From: Perkinsela sp. CCAP 1560/9
Lineage: Eukaryota > Protista > Euglenozoa: Kinetoplastea
Assembly (NCBI GenBank): GCA_965644495.1
Contig: CBFFSA010000006.1
Coordinates: 310,001-374,000 of the forward strand
Reading direction: 5' to 3'
DNA: 64,000 nt
Shown here piece by piece: positions 49,296 to 58,762 of the stretch. Numbering within the stretch: the first letter of the stretch is position 1; each line of letters begins with the position of its first letter. The notes beneath the pieces are model-generated. The model was given only the letters and a program-made list of their open reading frames with translations. It searched no databases and was not told the DNA's origin. The position numbers and the translations under genes were made by a program.

Positions 49296-51707
49296 ATGGT
49301 ACGTGTACCCGCGAGGTACCTAAATCTCAACAGGAATCAAGAAGTCCCTGCTATAGAAGAAGGGACAGTATACGTCTCCTGTGATGGATGTGACGCGGCG
49401 TGCAACGGTTATGTACAAGGGTTTTTCTTCCGATGCGCTTCATGTCGGCATGATTTGTGTCAAAACTGTTATGAGCTTTTAATTTTAAAGCCTGCCTATT
49501 TTCCAACGAAAGCATCGGATCAAAGATTACGTGCAAAACTGATAAAGAAACACCCCAATCATCAATTTTTCTTTATGGGGATGGCTCCAGACCCAGCAAA
49601 AATCTGTGTTACGGCCCCAGAAAAGAAAAGAAGAACTCCAGGCAAAGCAAAAGTGTGTATCGCACCCCCAGAAAAGCAACAGCGAACTACCCAGGAAAAT
49701 AAGTTAATTTCCCTTCCGCCACAGACAATTGAGGAGTCATCAGTTACAAAAAATGCGAAACGGAAAAGAAAGAGTGTTCGAAGAAAATCTATTCCATCGT
49801 TGAGCCCGAGAAGCGCTTTCGTTGACACAAAGAACGCGAAACAGATTGATATGGCTGTGCGTTCGAGCAACAGTTCTAATATTAGAAAAGGACTGGTCCC
49901 CTCTCCTTGCCTACACACCCGTCGATCTTCTCCTAGCGAATCATCTCACAGCGATGCTGAGCTGATTTTACCACACGGAATGTCTTCCGGAGCTCCCGAA
50001 GAGGGAGGTTCTCGTAGGGAAAAACTCCCTTTAGTTCAGAAATACAGAGCAGCAAACGTTTTAACCGAGCCAGACTACATAAACGTGAACTGTATTGAAA
50101 CACCAAGTGAAAATGCTAACGAAACCCTGTCGTCCGTTTTGATTCAGGCGGAGAGTAATGATCGAGTGGCAAATTTTGAGCATATGATGATGGCGCACGA
50201 AGTCGATCTAGACTATTCTAATGATATCGATAGTTTTGATGTTGTAGAGGTTGATCATGATCAACCTTTAGCACGTCTGCGCCCGCATCTTGGTACTAAA
50301 ATCAATACTACTCGCTCGCACTGGAAGGCAACGAAAATTTATCCCGTGTATAGAGAAACATCTTTTAAACCTGAGAAGAAAGCATTAGTAAGATTCTTCT
50401 CGTCTCATGTTGTGGAAAACATGGAGTTGTACATTTTGCTTGCCGAATATAGTGCTCATGAAACACCGGTTTCGGAGCTTCTCTTCGTGTGTAATGACAA
50501 CACTGTAGTAAGGGTAACCCTGGGATCTCAGACCATCACAGCAATGGATACTTTAGTACATGACATTGATCGTAACATATTTACTGAAGAAGGTCATAGA
50601 AAAGTGCGTTACAGCGCTGTTCGCATCACCTACTGTAATCGACATGCTGTTTACGTTATTGAATTACCAATTGAGGAACTTCAATTATCTTTCTTGAAAG
50701 TACAAAACAAAGGTCCTCTAAGTCGCACAGAAAGGTCTTCTGTCCCGGGGGTCGAAGCAACACTGTGTGAAGCACATGGAACTGTTGCACACTATTCCGA
50801 CGTTATTTATCGTTGTAGGCTTGAGGCATCGCAGATGGTTTCGTGTCCAATAGCAAGAGGGGCCTTGTTATGGGCGATGCGAGGATCACTTTTAGCTATT
50901 GGCTTCGTATGCGGGGATGTACTCATATTTACGTTGGAGCAACGTACGCTAAGGCCTTGCGGACGGTGCAACCTTAGAATACAAAGTCTTTGTCAGCCTG
51001 TGAGAGTCTGTGATAGTCACGACCTCTCTTATTCGGTTCAACATGCCTGGAAGCACTGTTGTCTCGAAGTTCGCGAGCAGGAATGCTCCGCACCAGCCAC
51101 CGCAACAATGACTACTTCAATTGTAATATTCGGCACTGTAAACTTACTAATAGTTTTGGAGGTTCGTCCTAGTTGTACACCCAAAGCACTTTACAGAGAA
51201 ACGCTTGATTCCACTATTGCATGTGTTGAAGAATATTATACACCGGACAGCACTTCACGGTATAGTGCATCCTTCAACGTTATCTTAGGCGACGGTTCAT
51301 GGATGCTTTTCGATGTCACGATTAATAAGCATCCCCGACCTGTAGTTCATAAGAGGTATGTTTCGGGTTCGTCCGACAAAATACCATGGTGGGTGGATTA
51401 TGATACAGTATTTGTGGGCGATAGTGCCATAGGTATCCCCGAAGTAGGATCATGTGGAGATCGTACAGAAAGTAATATTACAAACGCAAAGCCCGTACAG
51501 TCGCAGAAAGGCATGCTTTTCGTGCGTTCGAGACAGAATAATTCCGCGGCATTCTCATACAACTGGTATCCTTGGGCTAATAGCGACCCCGAAGGTGGAC
51601 GTACTGGTGTCAGCGTTCCATCCATACCTCCTCGATGCATTTCTTCCTCGACTACACTCGTACACTGCCCGGTTGAAGGTGCACTTTACCGTTTTGTACC
51701 CAAGTAG
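49296..51707 (+). CDS. Hypothetical protein with an N-terminal ZZ-type zinc finger and beta-rich C-terminal region
   Basis: SCDGC...FFRCASCRHDLCQNCY...HPNH. Confidence 0.7.
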   Translation: MVRVPARYLNLNRNQEVPAIEEGTVYVSCDGCDAACNGYVQGFFFRCASCRHDLCQNCYELLILKPAYFPTKASDQRLRAKLIKKHPNHQFFFMGMAPDPAKICVTAPEKKRRTPGKAKVCIAPPEKQQRTTQENKLISLPPQTIEESSVTKNAKRKRKSVRRKSIPSLSPRSAFVDTKNAKQIDMAVRSSNSSNIRKGLVPSPCLHTRRSSPSESSHSDAELILPHGMSSGAPEEGGSRREKLPLVQKYRAANVLTEPDYINVNCIETPSENANETLSSVLIQAESNDRVANFEHMMMAHEVDLDYSNDIDSFDVVEVDHDQPLARLRPHLGTKINTTRSHWKATKIYPVYRETSFKPEKKALVRFFSSHVVENMELYILLAEYSAHETPVSELLFVCNDNTVVRVTLGSQTITAMDTLVHDIDRNIFTEEGHRKVRYSAVRITYCNRHAVYVIELPIEELQLSFLKVQNKGPLSRTERSSVPGVEATLCEAHGTVAHYSDVIYRCRLEASQMVSCPIARGALLWAMRGSLLAIGFVCGDVLIFTLEQRTLRPCGRCNLRIQSLCQPVRVCDSHDLSYSVQHAWKHCCLEVREQECSAPATATMTTSIVIFGTVNLLIVLEVRPSCTPKALYRETLDSTIACVEEYYTPDSTSRYSASFNVILGDGSWMLFDVTINKHPRPVVHKRYVSGSSDKIPWWVDYDTVFVGDSAIGIPEVGSCGDRTESNITNAKPVQSQKGMLFVRSRQNNSAAFSYNWYPWANSDPEGGRTGVSVPSIPPRCISSSTTLVHCPVEGALYRFVPK

Positions 51708-52009
51708 CGGTAACGCCTCTCCAATGGGGTTTAATTTTATCATGCACACGTGATAGCAACTAATGGTCAAGATTTCACTCATCTCCTTGACAAGTAGGTG
51801 CGCACATAAAGCGAAATGCATTGACTGCGTGAAGTATATAATGCGATTGTAATATTCCGTTATGATTTGTAGCAACCCTTTAAGACTGCAATTCATGTTT
51901 TAATACATCCCACCTCACTTTTAATAAACTTATTAAATAAGTTTATAAAAATAACGAATCGAAAATACATATTATATTCCATTTGTCAAATTATTATCCC
52001 TTTTCAATC

Positions 52010-52760
52010 CATCCCCCACCTTTCCGCTTCAAGCCTCTTTCTTTTTTCTTTCTTCTTCCCTCCACCACAACACCCCCTTCATCTCCCATGTTACGGCGCA
52101 CGGTGTTTCACGCCTGCTCCTCTCTGTCTCACCCCCCACCCCCTCCGACTCCTGCGGAAGTCCCGGACGACACCCTCACCGCTCCCACCCGCTCTTCTGC
52201 ACGACTCGCCCCGGGCCCCTACCGCCGTGTGGGGAATCTCCTCGTGGTGGAGGTCAAGAAGCAGCTGTGGCAGCAGGGCTGGGAACTCGCCCGGGACCTG
52301 CGCTACCTGGGGTTCGAATACGGCCGCCAGGTCACCGTTCACCCGGACGTGCCGGAGGTGCGGGAGCGGCTGTTCCACGTGCGGCACCTGGTCACGATCG
52401 ACATGATGGACCTGGATGAGGTGAAGGCGGCGCTGCATATCCCTCCCCATATTCACTTTTCGGATCTGCTCGCGCAGTACCCGGATAACTGGGGAGAGGT
52501 GCCGGTGGGGAGGGGGTGCTACGTTGCCGCACGGAAACGGTTTTGTCAGTACCGGAAGGAGCGGCTGCGGGATATTGTTCACCGCGATTCGATAGAGAAA
52601 AGGATGGTAAAATTACAGAAACAACTGGCCAGGGAGGAGAGCGAGAAAGGTCAGGCACAGCATGGGGGTTGAAGAGGTGTTGTATCCCCAAAGGGGGGTT
52701 TCTTTCTCTACGCGATATGCTACGCCGTACTGTGAGAGTGGGGTTTCTGTGTATTATGGG
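52010..52760. other. GC-skew switch island 6 (centre ~52330)
   Basis: C runs 52010-52230 and G/T runs 52490-52760, extending past the uL30m stop codon. Confidence 0.8.
52088..52672 (+). CDS. MRPL30: Mitochondrial ribosomal protein uL30m
   Basis: MLRR presequence. L30 core LRYLGFEYGRQVTVHPDVPEVRERLFHVRHLVTI. First ATG is at 52088. Confidence 0.8.
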   Translation: MLRRTVFHACSSLSHPPPPPTPAEVPDDTLTAPTRSSARLAPGPYRRVGNLLVVEVKKQLWQQGWELARDLRYLGFEYGRQVTVHPDVPEVRERLFHVRHLVTIDMMDLDEVKAALHIPPHIHFSDLLAQYPDNWGEVPVGRGCYVAARKRFCQYRKERLRDIVHRDSIEKRMVKLQKQLAREESEKGQAQHGG

Positions 52761-52914
52761 TTCTTATGTAAATTGTGTGTCGACATTGTAATGTAGATGC
52801 AATGTATCTACATTGCATATTTCTAATTGAGTTGAATGGAGGTGATAAGAAAGCGCGTGCATTGAATGATGCACAGATATATTTCGTACAGTTCTATTGC
52901 TATCTTGCTTACCT

Positions 52915-53589
52915 ATGTCTTTTGTATCGCCGGAGAGAAGCGTTATTTTTCTGGAGCGAGAGGAGGCCTCACCTCCTCGAAAAAACTATGACCTTCACGC
53001 GGTTGTGTCAAAAGTAGAGCTGAGGCCTTTCGGTGACTTTAATCGCCAAATTGCACTTAGCCCGTTACGAACGTCTGCGCGGTCTTCTACTATGAGTGAG
53101 AAACTCTTTGACGTAAATTTATTCGACACGCCGTATCATCAGGAAGACGAATCCCTGCTTTTCTTTAAAAAGCGAACTCCCAGGTCAAGCAGTTTCCCTC
53201 TACAGGAATCTCCCCAGACTAGAGATGAAGTAACGTTTCCAACTGTACCGTGCGAGTCTTGCGATATTTCGTTGTCCTTCAAAGACCCAGTTGAGCCTCT
53301 TTCCGTGGGAGAACAGGTTTCTGATATTGTTTATCCACTAGAAACATCACACGTTTCTAATGAAGGAAACAATAGCAAGAAAATTTACGATCCCATCTCA
53401 CAGTCTAGCAATAAGTTTATTGAGCCAGTTAGTTCGGCAACGGACTTAGAACCCAGCAGGAGAAATTCAAAAAAGAACACATTCGCCGCCCCTCCGGTGA
53501 GTCCTCCTAAGCAATGGACTAAGGACGTCCAAAATTTCTTTCAATATATCGATTCAAGACCCTTGCAAATGGAAACCGAGGTAGTGTAG
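52915..53589 (+). CDS. Hypothetical disordered SP/TP-rich protein with a sororin-like C-terminal motif
   Basis: Multiple S/T-P sites. C-terminus KQWTKDVQNFFQYIDSRPLQME. First ATG is at 52915. Confidence 0.6.
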   Translation: MSFVSPERSVIFLEREEASPPRKNYDLHAVVSKVELRPFGDFNRQIALSPLRTSARSSTMSEKLFDVNLFDTPYHQEDESLLFFKKRTPRSSSFPLQESPQTRDEVTFPTVPCESCDISLSFKDPVEPLSVGEQVSDIVYPLETSHVSNEGNNSKKIYDPISQSSNKFIEPVSSATDLEPSRRNSKKNTFAAPPVSPPKQWTKDVQNFFQYIDSRPLQMETEVV

Positions 53590-53663
53590 CTCGTAGAATC
53601 GAAGTGTGAAATTGGATTATGAAGCATATTTAGGTATTACTTGTATAGCAATGCGCATGTAGG

Positions 53664-53717
53664 TATGTTGTATAATAATGCAACGTTGTATAATGCTGCT
53701 ATGTTGTATAATAATGC
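53664..53717. repeat. Three 18-bp tandem repeats (TATGTTGTATAATAATGC)
   Basis: Units at 53664, 53682 (degenerate) and 53700; a fourth degenerate unit near 53638. Confidence 0.75.
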
Positions 53718-54012
53718 GTACATGTATGTGATAGTATTTTACACGTATTGGTACTCTCATAGTAGTGCAAACTATACCCGAGAAACGCATTGCATTGCCC
53801 TGGGAACTATGATATGCTAAAACAAAACAATCGAATGGAATTCTGGAGTATCATACAGGAATGTGTAAATCGAAGATCCTACACAACCCCCTCGATGAAT
53901 ATGTCATGCTTTACTGCGTTAAATTGCAAAGAATTAATAAATTAGTTTAAATTAATAAATCATTAAGGTCGTGTGAATTTTCTTCTCGCCAAATTTATTG
54001 CCACTCTTTTTA

Positions 54013-55020
54013 ATGGGTCGTACAATACTTATCAGATTTCTGAATGCAGCCGATGGTCCGCCCATCAGAACTCGTCCAAGCAAAGTAAGCGGAGTAACCA
54101 TTTCTATGGAGATGCAAATGTCACACTTCATTGAGCATATAGAGAATCCTCATGTTACGTGGGTTGAGGCACGCCCTATTCAGAAGTGGTTTGGTATTCG
54201 TTTGGATGAGGCACGTGAAGTAACAAGCGTTCGTTGGATGACTTTAAAGCTTAAGGGAAATGTGTCGCTTGAATTCCTCCCATATTCAACTAAGGAGTGT
54301 AATCTAGCCGGAAATCTATTGACCTCGTGTGGAACACTTCAAGGACTTCCCAAAGAGCTGCAAGTACTTTCAATTTCGCGGAACCGAATAGATCAACCGT
54401 TAAACTTGGGATATCTTCCTGAAATGATGCTTTCGTTTTCCGCTCATACAAATAAGTTTAAAAGCGTAGTTGATCTGACCAGTCTTCCTTCTGGAATAAC
54501 GATCGTTACCTTCCGTCACAACAGGCTCTATGGAAAGCTTGACCTCACTTCCCTTCCACGACAACTTAATTCGCTTCTCGCCAATAATAATAAATTTGAA
54601 GGCGCACCGGATCTGGGGCACCTGCCGTCTTCACTTTCTAATCTCAACTTAAGTCACAACTATTTTATAGGCCAACTTTGCTTTCAGCATCTTCCACACA
54701 GTCTCAAGATTTTGTCTTTGTCTCACAACGGATTTGAAGGGTTTCTGGATCTGGAATTGCTTCCTCCGAAATTGAATTTTTTTGACGCTGGAAATAACCA
54801 ATTCCAGGGCACCATTTCTCTAGCGAAGCTTCCTCCTGGCATCGAACATCTGGATTTTAGTGGAAATCATCTGATCGGGGAGCTTCATTTAGAAAATCTG
54901 CCACCAACCTTGGCGAACTTATACTGCAATGAGAATAACTTTAACGGTACGTTGAACCTACAAAATATTCATTTTGAGATAGACTTCAACGGAAATTCGT
55001 TCCGTACCGTATTGGAATAG
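54013..55020 (+). CDS. Leucine-rich repeat protein, same repeat type as 17196-17891
   Basis: About 10 repeats of LxxLxLSHNxFxGxLDLxxLP. First ATG is at 54013. Confidence 0.88.
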   Translation: MGRTILIRFLNAADGPPIRTRPSKVSGVTISMEMQMSHFIEHIENPHVTWVEARPIQKWFGIRLDEAREVTSVRWMTLKLKGNVSLEFLPYSTKECNLAGNLLTSCGTLQGLPKELQVLSISRNRIDQPLNLGYLPEMMLSFSAHTNKFKSVVDLTSLPSGITIVTFRHNRLYGKLDLTSLPRQLNSLLANNNKFEGAPDLGHLPSSLSNLNLSHNYFIGQLCFQHLPHSLKILSLSHNGFEGFLDLELLPPKLNFFDAGNNQFQGTISLAKLPPGIEHLDFSGNHLIGELHLENLPPTLANLYCNENNFNGTLNLQNIHFEIDFNGNSFRTVLE

Positions 55021-55378
55021 TTTTCTTTTTAATATAATTTTGTAGACACACATGACTGATTCCAAACGTATAACATTGATGTAGCCCTCTTTTTGGTCAT
55101 TTCTGGTCTTGGTTTCTTGGATAACGAAATTCTATTTATTTTTTTGAGTCCTTTTTCTCAGCGGTAACAGCAATATTTCAAACAAAACTTTGTTGGGAAG
55201 TGCACTGGAAGAGGCTTTACTGCCACCATAACTATCAAAACTTGGAGTTCCGATATACATGTATATTATATGCTGTAGATCAATCAGAAATCCTCATTAA
55301 TCAAAGATTCACTTTTTTTATTCTCTGCTTGTCTATCCATTGGCCTGAATAATAAAGAAGGACAGGTAACTTCGAAAA

Positions 55379-56050
55379 ATGTCTGGTGAAGCGAGGTACC
55401 CCATTTTGCCGTCACGCATGGGTCTAAGCGTGATGAAAACTCGACTCAAGGGTGCCCAGAATGGGCACCGCATGCTGAAAAAGAAAGCAGATGCCATTCA
55501 AGTGAGGTTTCGCTCGATTGTAAAAGAGCTATCCGAAACAAAAAACGAGTTGGTAAGTCACACAAAACAGGCACAGTTTTCTCTCTGCGAAGCTCGGTTT
55601 TTCGCTCCAGGCGGTACATTAGATTTCGCAATTCAAGAGTCGCTGAAGCTCCCGACACTTCAAGTCCATCTTGCCACAGAAAGTATTGCTGGAGTGCCCA
55701 CACCAAAATTTTCGCTTGCGACGGACTCACTTGAGTGGGAAAAGACAGTGAGCACTGATGTTGTTTCTTTGGGGCAAGGCGGTGCACACATTACCCGGGC
55801 CCGCCAAAGTTTGTATGAATTACTATCGGAATATGTGCGAATTGCATCTCTACAAACTGCATTCATTGCGCTGGATCAAGCTCTTCGCAAGACTAACCGT
55901 AGAGTCAATGCTTTGGAAAAGGTTGTGATTCCAAAGATGATTCGTACAGCGCATTACATTGAAAGTGAGTTGGAGGAAATGGGCAAGGAGGAATTCTTTC
56001 GACTCAAAATGGTGTGCAAGAAAAAGAAACAAGAGGGACATAGCCGGTAA
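55379..56050 (+). CDS. VMA8: V-type ATPase subunit D
   Basis: PSRMGL..MKTRLKGAQNGHRMLKKKADA, ASLQTAF..LD...KTNRRVNALEKVVIP, EEFFRLK. Confidence 0.95.
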   Translation: MSGEARYPILPSRMGLSVMKTRLKGAQNGHRMLKKKADAIQVRFRSIVKELSETKNELVSHTKQAQFSLCEARFFAPGGTLDFAIQESLKLPTLQVHLATESIAGVPTPKFSLATDSLEWEKTVSTDVVSLGQGGAHITRARQSLYELLSEYVRIASLQTAFIALDQALRKTNRRVNALEKVVIPKMIRTAHYIESELEEMGKEEFFRLKMVCKKKKQEGHSR

Positions 56051-56189
56051 ATATTTTTATAGTTTCTCAGTGAGGGAAGTGGGCTTTTCTATAAACTCAT
56101 ACAATATAAATACGGTACCTGCAATGTGTGATAGGTAAAAATGGGGTATAATAGCCATTTTCCTGGATTAAATGTCCAGGACTTGCCAC

Positions 56190-56331
56190 TACTGTCCCCT
56201 TACTATCCTAGCGTTGCTCGGTATCCGCCTCATTAGCGTTGCGTTTGGGGCTGTCTCTTGCCGCGAAGCGGCAAATCTTTTTACCTCCCCTCTTAGCGTT
56301 GCTTTCTACCAGAACCGGGCAACGCTAGGAT
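56190..56331. mobile_element. MITE-like element, family A copy 2 (inverted relative to copy 1; one TIR tip lost)
   Basis: TACTGTCCCCTTACTATCCTAGCGTTGC...CTCATTAGCGTTGC...CTGTCTCTTGCCGCGAAGCGGC...CTCTTAGCGTTGCTTT...GGCAACGCTAGGAT is colinear with the reverse complement of 16722-16902. Confidence 0.8.
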
Positions 56332-56426
56332 CTATAGTCTGTCTTATTTTCTACTGATTTTTTTAAATACCTTTTAAATATTTTGGAGAAGAAAACGTTT
56401 TTCAAGTTGTTGACATCCTTTTGTAA

Positions 56427-58289
56427 ATGTTGAATCCAGATTCTTCGAAACTCAAAATCTTTGTCCGTTTACGCCCGATTCGTCCACGGCACTTGGCTCC
56501 GGATGGTATGACATCGTTAAATGAATTGGGCGTCTCCTGCACACAGCACGTATCAAACGATAAGCCCGATTCTCCTCTTTCTTCACCTTTTCACATTCCA
56601 TGGAGGTGGACATCTACTAAAATTAGTCACCTTGGGTGGAGTTCAGAGGCTTCATCTTGCGGTCCTGCGAATGGAAACAGAACTCAAGAGACGCGGAAAC
56701 TCATGAAGGGCAACGGCATTTCAATGCAACAATTCGACTGTCACCGGGTGTTTAAACCTCACGAATCCACTTCAGAAATTTTTCAGTCTCTGGTCCCCCT
56801 ATTACATGATATGACTCGTACGCGCCAGAATTTGTGCATTGCGGCCTATGGTCAAACCGATACCGGAAAAACTTATACTCTTTTTGGAACAGAAGCTGTC
56901 CCTGGTATTTTTCGTTTGGCTGCAGAAACGTTGCTGGGTGTAAGTAGGGCCAAATTTTCACTTTCTGTTTCTGCCGTCGAAGTGTACAACGAACAAATTC
57001 GCGATTTGGTGGATCCCAGGGCTCCTGTCGTAGTGCTCCAAGAAGCTAAAGAGAAAATATGCTCTCGAATAATACAGATATCATCCGTTACAGAAATATG
57101 CAACATAATGAATCTAATTCAAATACATCGATTTACTGGAATTACGGACGCACATTCTCACGCCAGTCGATCTCATTGTATCGCCTCTCTTCATCTGATG
57201 TTCAGTGAAACGGATCAAGTCTGTTTGCAGATTGTAGATCTGGCCGGCAGTGAAAACGCCGAAGATCCTTACGAACATCCTTCAAAAAATATGAATATTC
57301 TTCATGGATCATTCACCTGGTTCGTCCGCAGCGAAGAGTACAAAGCTCACAAGAGACGAACACAGGAAGGATCCAATATTCGAAAAAGTCTTTTGGCTCT
57401 TACGCGGTGCGTTCACACGCTAGCGAGTTTGAATCACTCTCATGTCCCGTACCGAGATAGTAAATTAACCAGGATTCTTAAAACGGTACTTTCGGGGTCC
57501 GGAGTTCTAGCTCTTATATGCACCGCTGATCCCTCAAACTATCGTGGTACGTTGAGCACCTTGCGCTTCGCGGATTCGGTCCTACGTATGTTGACGAATC
57601 GAGATAGAGACGGCGCAGGCGATCTTGCTCCGTTGTTAGCGCACTGTGAAGAAGAAATAAAAATATTGGAAGAAAGTGCTGTTTTGAACACTGCAGAACA
57701 TATCGATAACCTTCAAGAACTAACTTCTGCGCACAAAAAGAAATTGAGCCTGATTGAATCAGAGGCGAAAAACCAAGAACTCAAACGAAAAACGAAGAAA
57801 GCCGATTATAAAAAACTTTTCTATCAACTGGAAAGTCGTACTCGGGCTCCTTGGCGTCAAACTCCCCCTTTATCACGTCAGAGAACCACTAGCTGTCCTG
57901 TACTTTTGTATGGAAGAGATACTGATCACCATAGTTGTAGATCTCTCGTTGAACGCCAAAACTATGATGTAGGGAAGAATTCTTTTGATGCAATAGTATT
58001 ATCCCGGGAAAAAGACTTTTTGCAAAGACAAAAGCAAAGTGTGGAAAGAGGTTTAGAAAGAATGAGAAATATGGATAATTGCGTTGTTGACATGACCAAA
58101 AATTTGAGAATATTGCAACATGAAGTAATTGCCCTAAAGAAACGTTTTGGATACTGCAATACAGACAAATGTGTGGATGACAGTTTCGATCCAAGCAGTG
58201 GAAATTCACAAAATGATATTACTTTAATACCTAAATTGCATAACATGTGCAATTACTTGGACCTATTTCTTTCAGAAAACAGAGAATAA
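56427..58289 (+). CDS. Kinesin-like protein (N-terminal motor, C-terminal coiled coil), divergent
   Basis: KIFVRLRP, AYGQTDTGKTYT, EVYNEQIRDL, ASRSH, IVDLAGSE, NIRKSLLAL, HVPYRDSKLTRIL. Confidence 0.9.
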   Translation: MLNPDSSKLKIFVRLRPIRPRHLAPDGMTSLNELGVSCTQHVSNDKPDSPLSSPFHIPWRWTSTKISHLGWSSEASSCGPANGNRTQETRKLMKGNGISMQQFDCHRVFKPHESTSEIFQSLVPLLHDMTRTRQNLCIAAYGQTDTGKTYTLFGTEAVPGIFRLAAETLLGVSRAKFSLSVSAVEVYNEQIRDLVDPRAPVVVLQEAKEKICSRIIQISSVTEICNIMNLIQIHRFTGITDAHSHASRSHCIASLHLMFSETDQVCLQIVDLAGSENAEDPYEHPSKNMNILHGSFTWFVRSEEYKAHKRRTQEGSNIRKSLLALTRCVHTLASLNHSHVPYRDSKLTRILKTVLSGSGVLALICTADPSNYRGTLSTLRFADSVLRMLTNRDRDGAGDLAPLLAHCEEEIKILEESAVLNTAEHIDNLQELTSAHKKKLSLIESEAKNQELKRKTKKADYKKLFYQLESRTRAPWRQTPPLSRQRTTSCPVLLYGRDTDHHSCRSLVERQNYDVGKNSFDAIVLSREKDFLQRQKQSVERGLERMRNMDNCVVDMTKNLRILQHEVIALKKRFGYCNTDKCVDDSFDPSSGNSQNDITLIPKLHNMCNYLDLFLSENRE

Positions 58290-58762
58290 TAGTGTTCAAT
58301 ATTTTCAAAAAAAATTGATTTACGTGTAGGCTGTTTCTTCAGATTTTGCATCTTGTGTAATAAATATTTGAGAATCATATACTTTCGTTTCTCACACAAG
58401 ATTTTGCTCAAGAGTTTATTCGTATGTCAAGATGTTCATTAAAAAAAGAAATGCGAAGCAGTGCAACCTAGTAATAGTATTTGTTGGCTTATGTTTAGTA
58501 GTATTTTGAACCCGTATACATGTACATTTGCAATGCATTGCTCATAATTCATTTTCTTGATAGACTATATTTCAAAAATTGCACTATATTTGCGAACATC
58601 CTTTGATTTACTAGTAGTTTTTTAAACTTTCTTTCGCATAACCCATTTCTTATTGCGGTTTGTCTCTTACCTGCGCTGAGAGGTATTGATTGAAATTTCA
58701 CAATAATCCCTACTTCAATCTCATATACCTTGTCGCGTATCGGTCATTCATTTTCGCCTAAA

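Noticed and set aside
53638-53736. CRISPR-like array
   Set aside because: The repeats are directly tandem with no unique spacers, the context is eukaryotic, and there are no cas genes.
56172-56357. 61-aa hydrophobic ORF upstream of the kinesin
   Set aside because: It is a chance translation of MITE family A copy 2.
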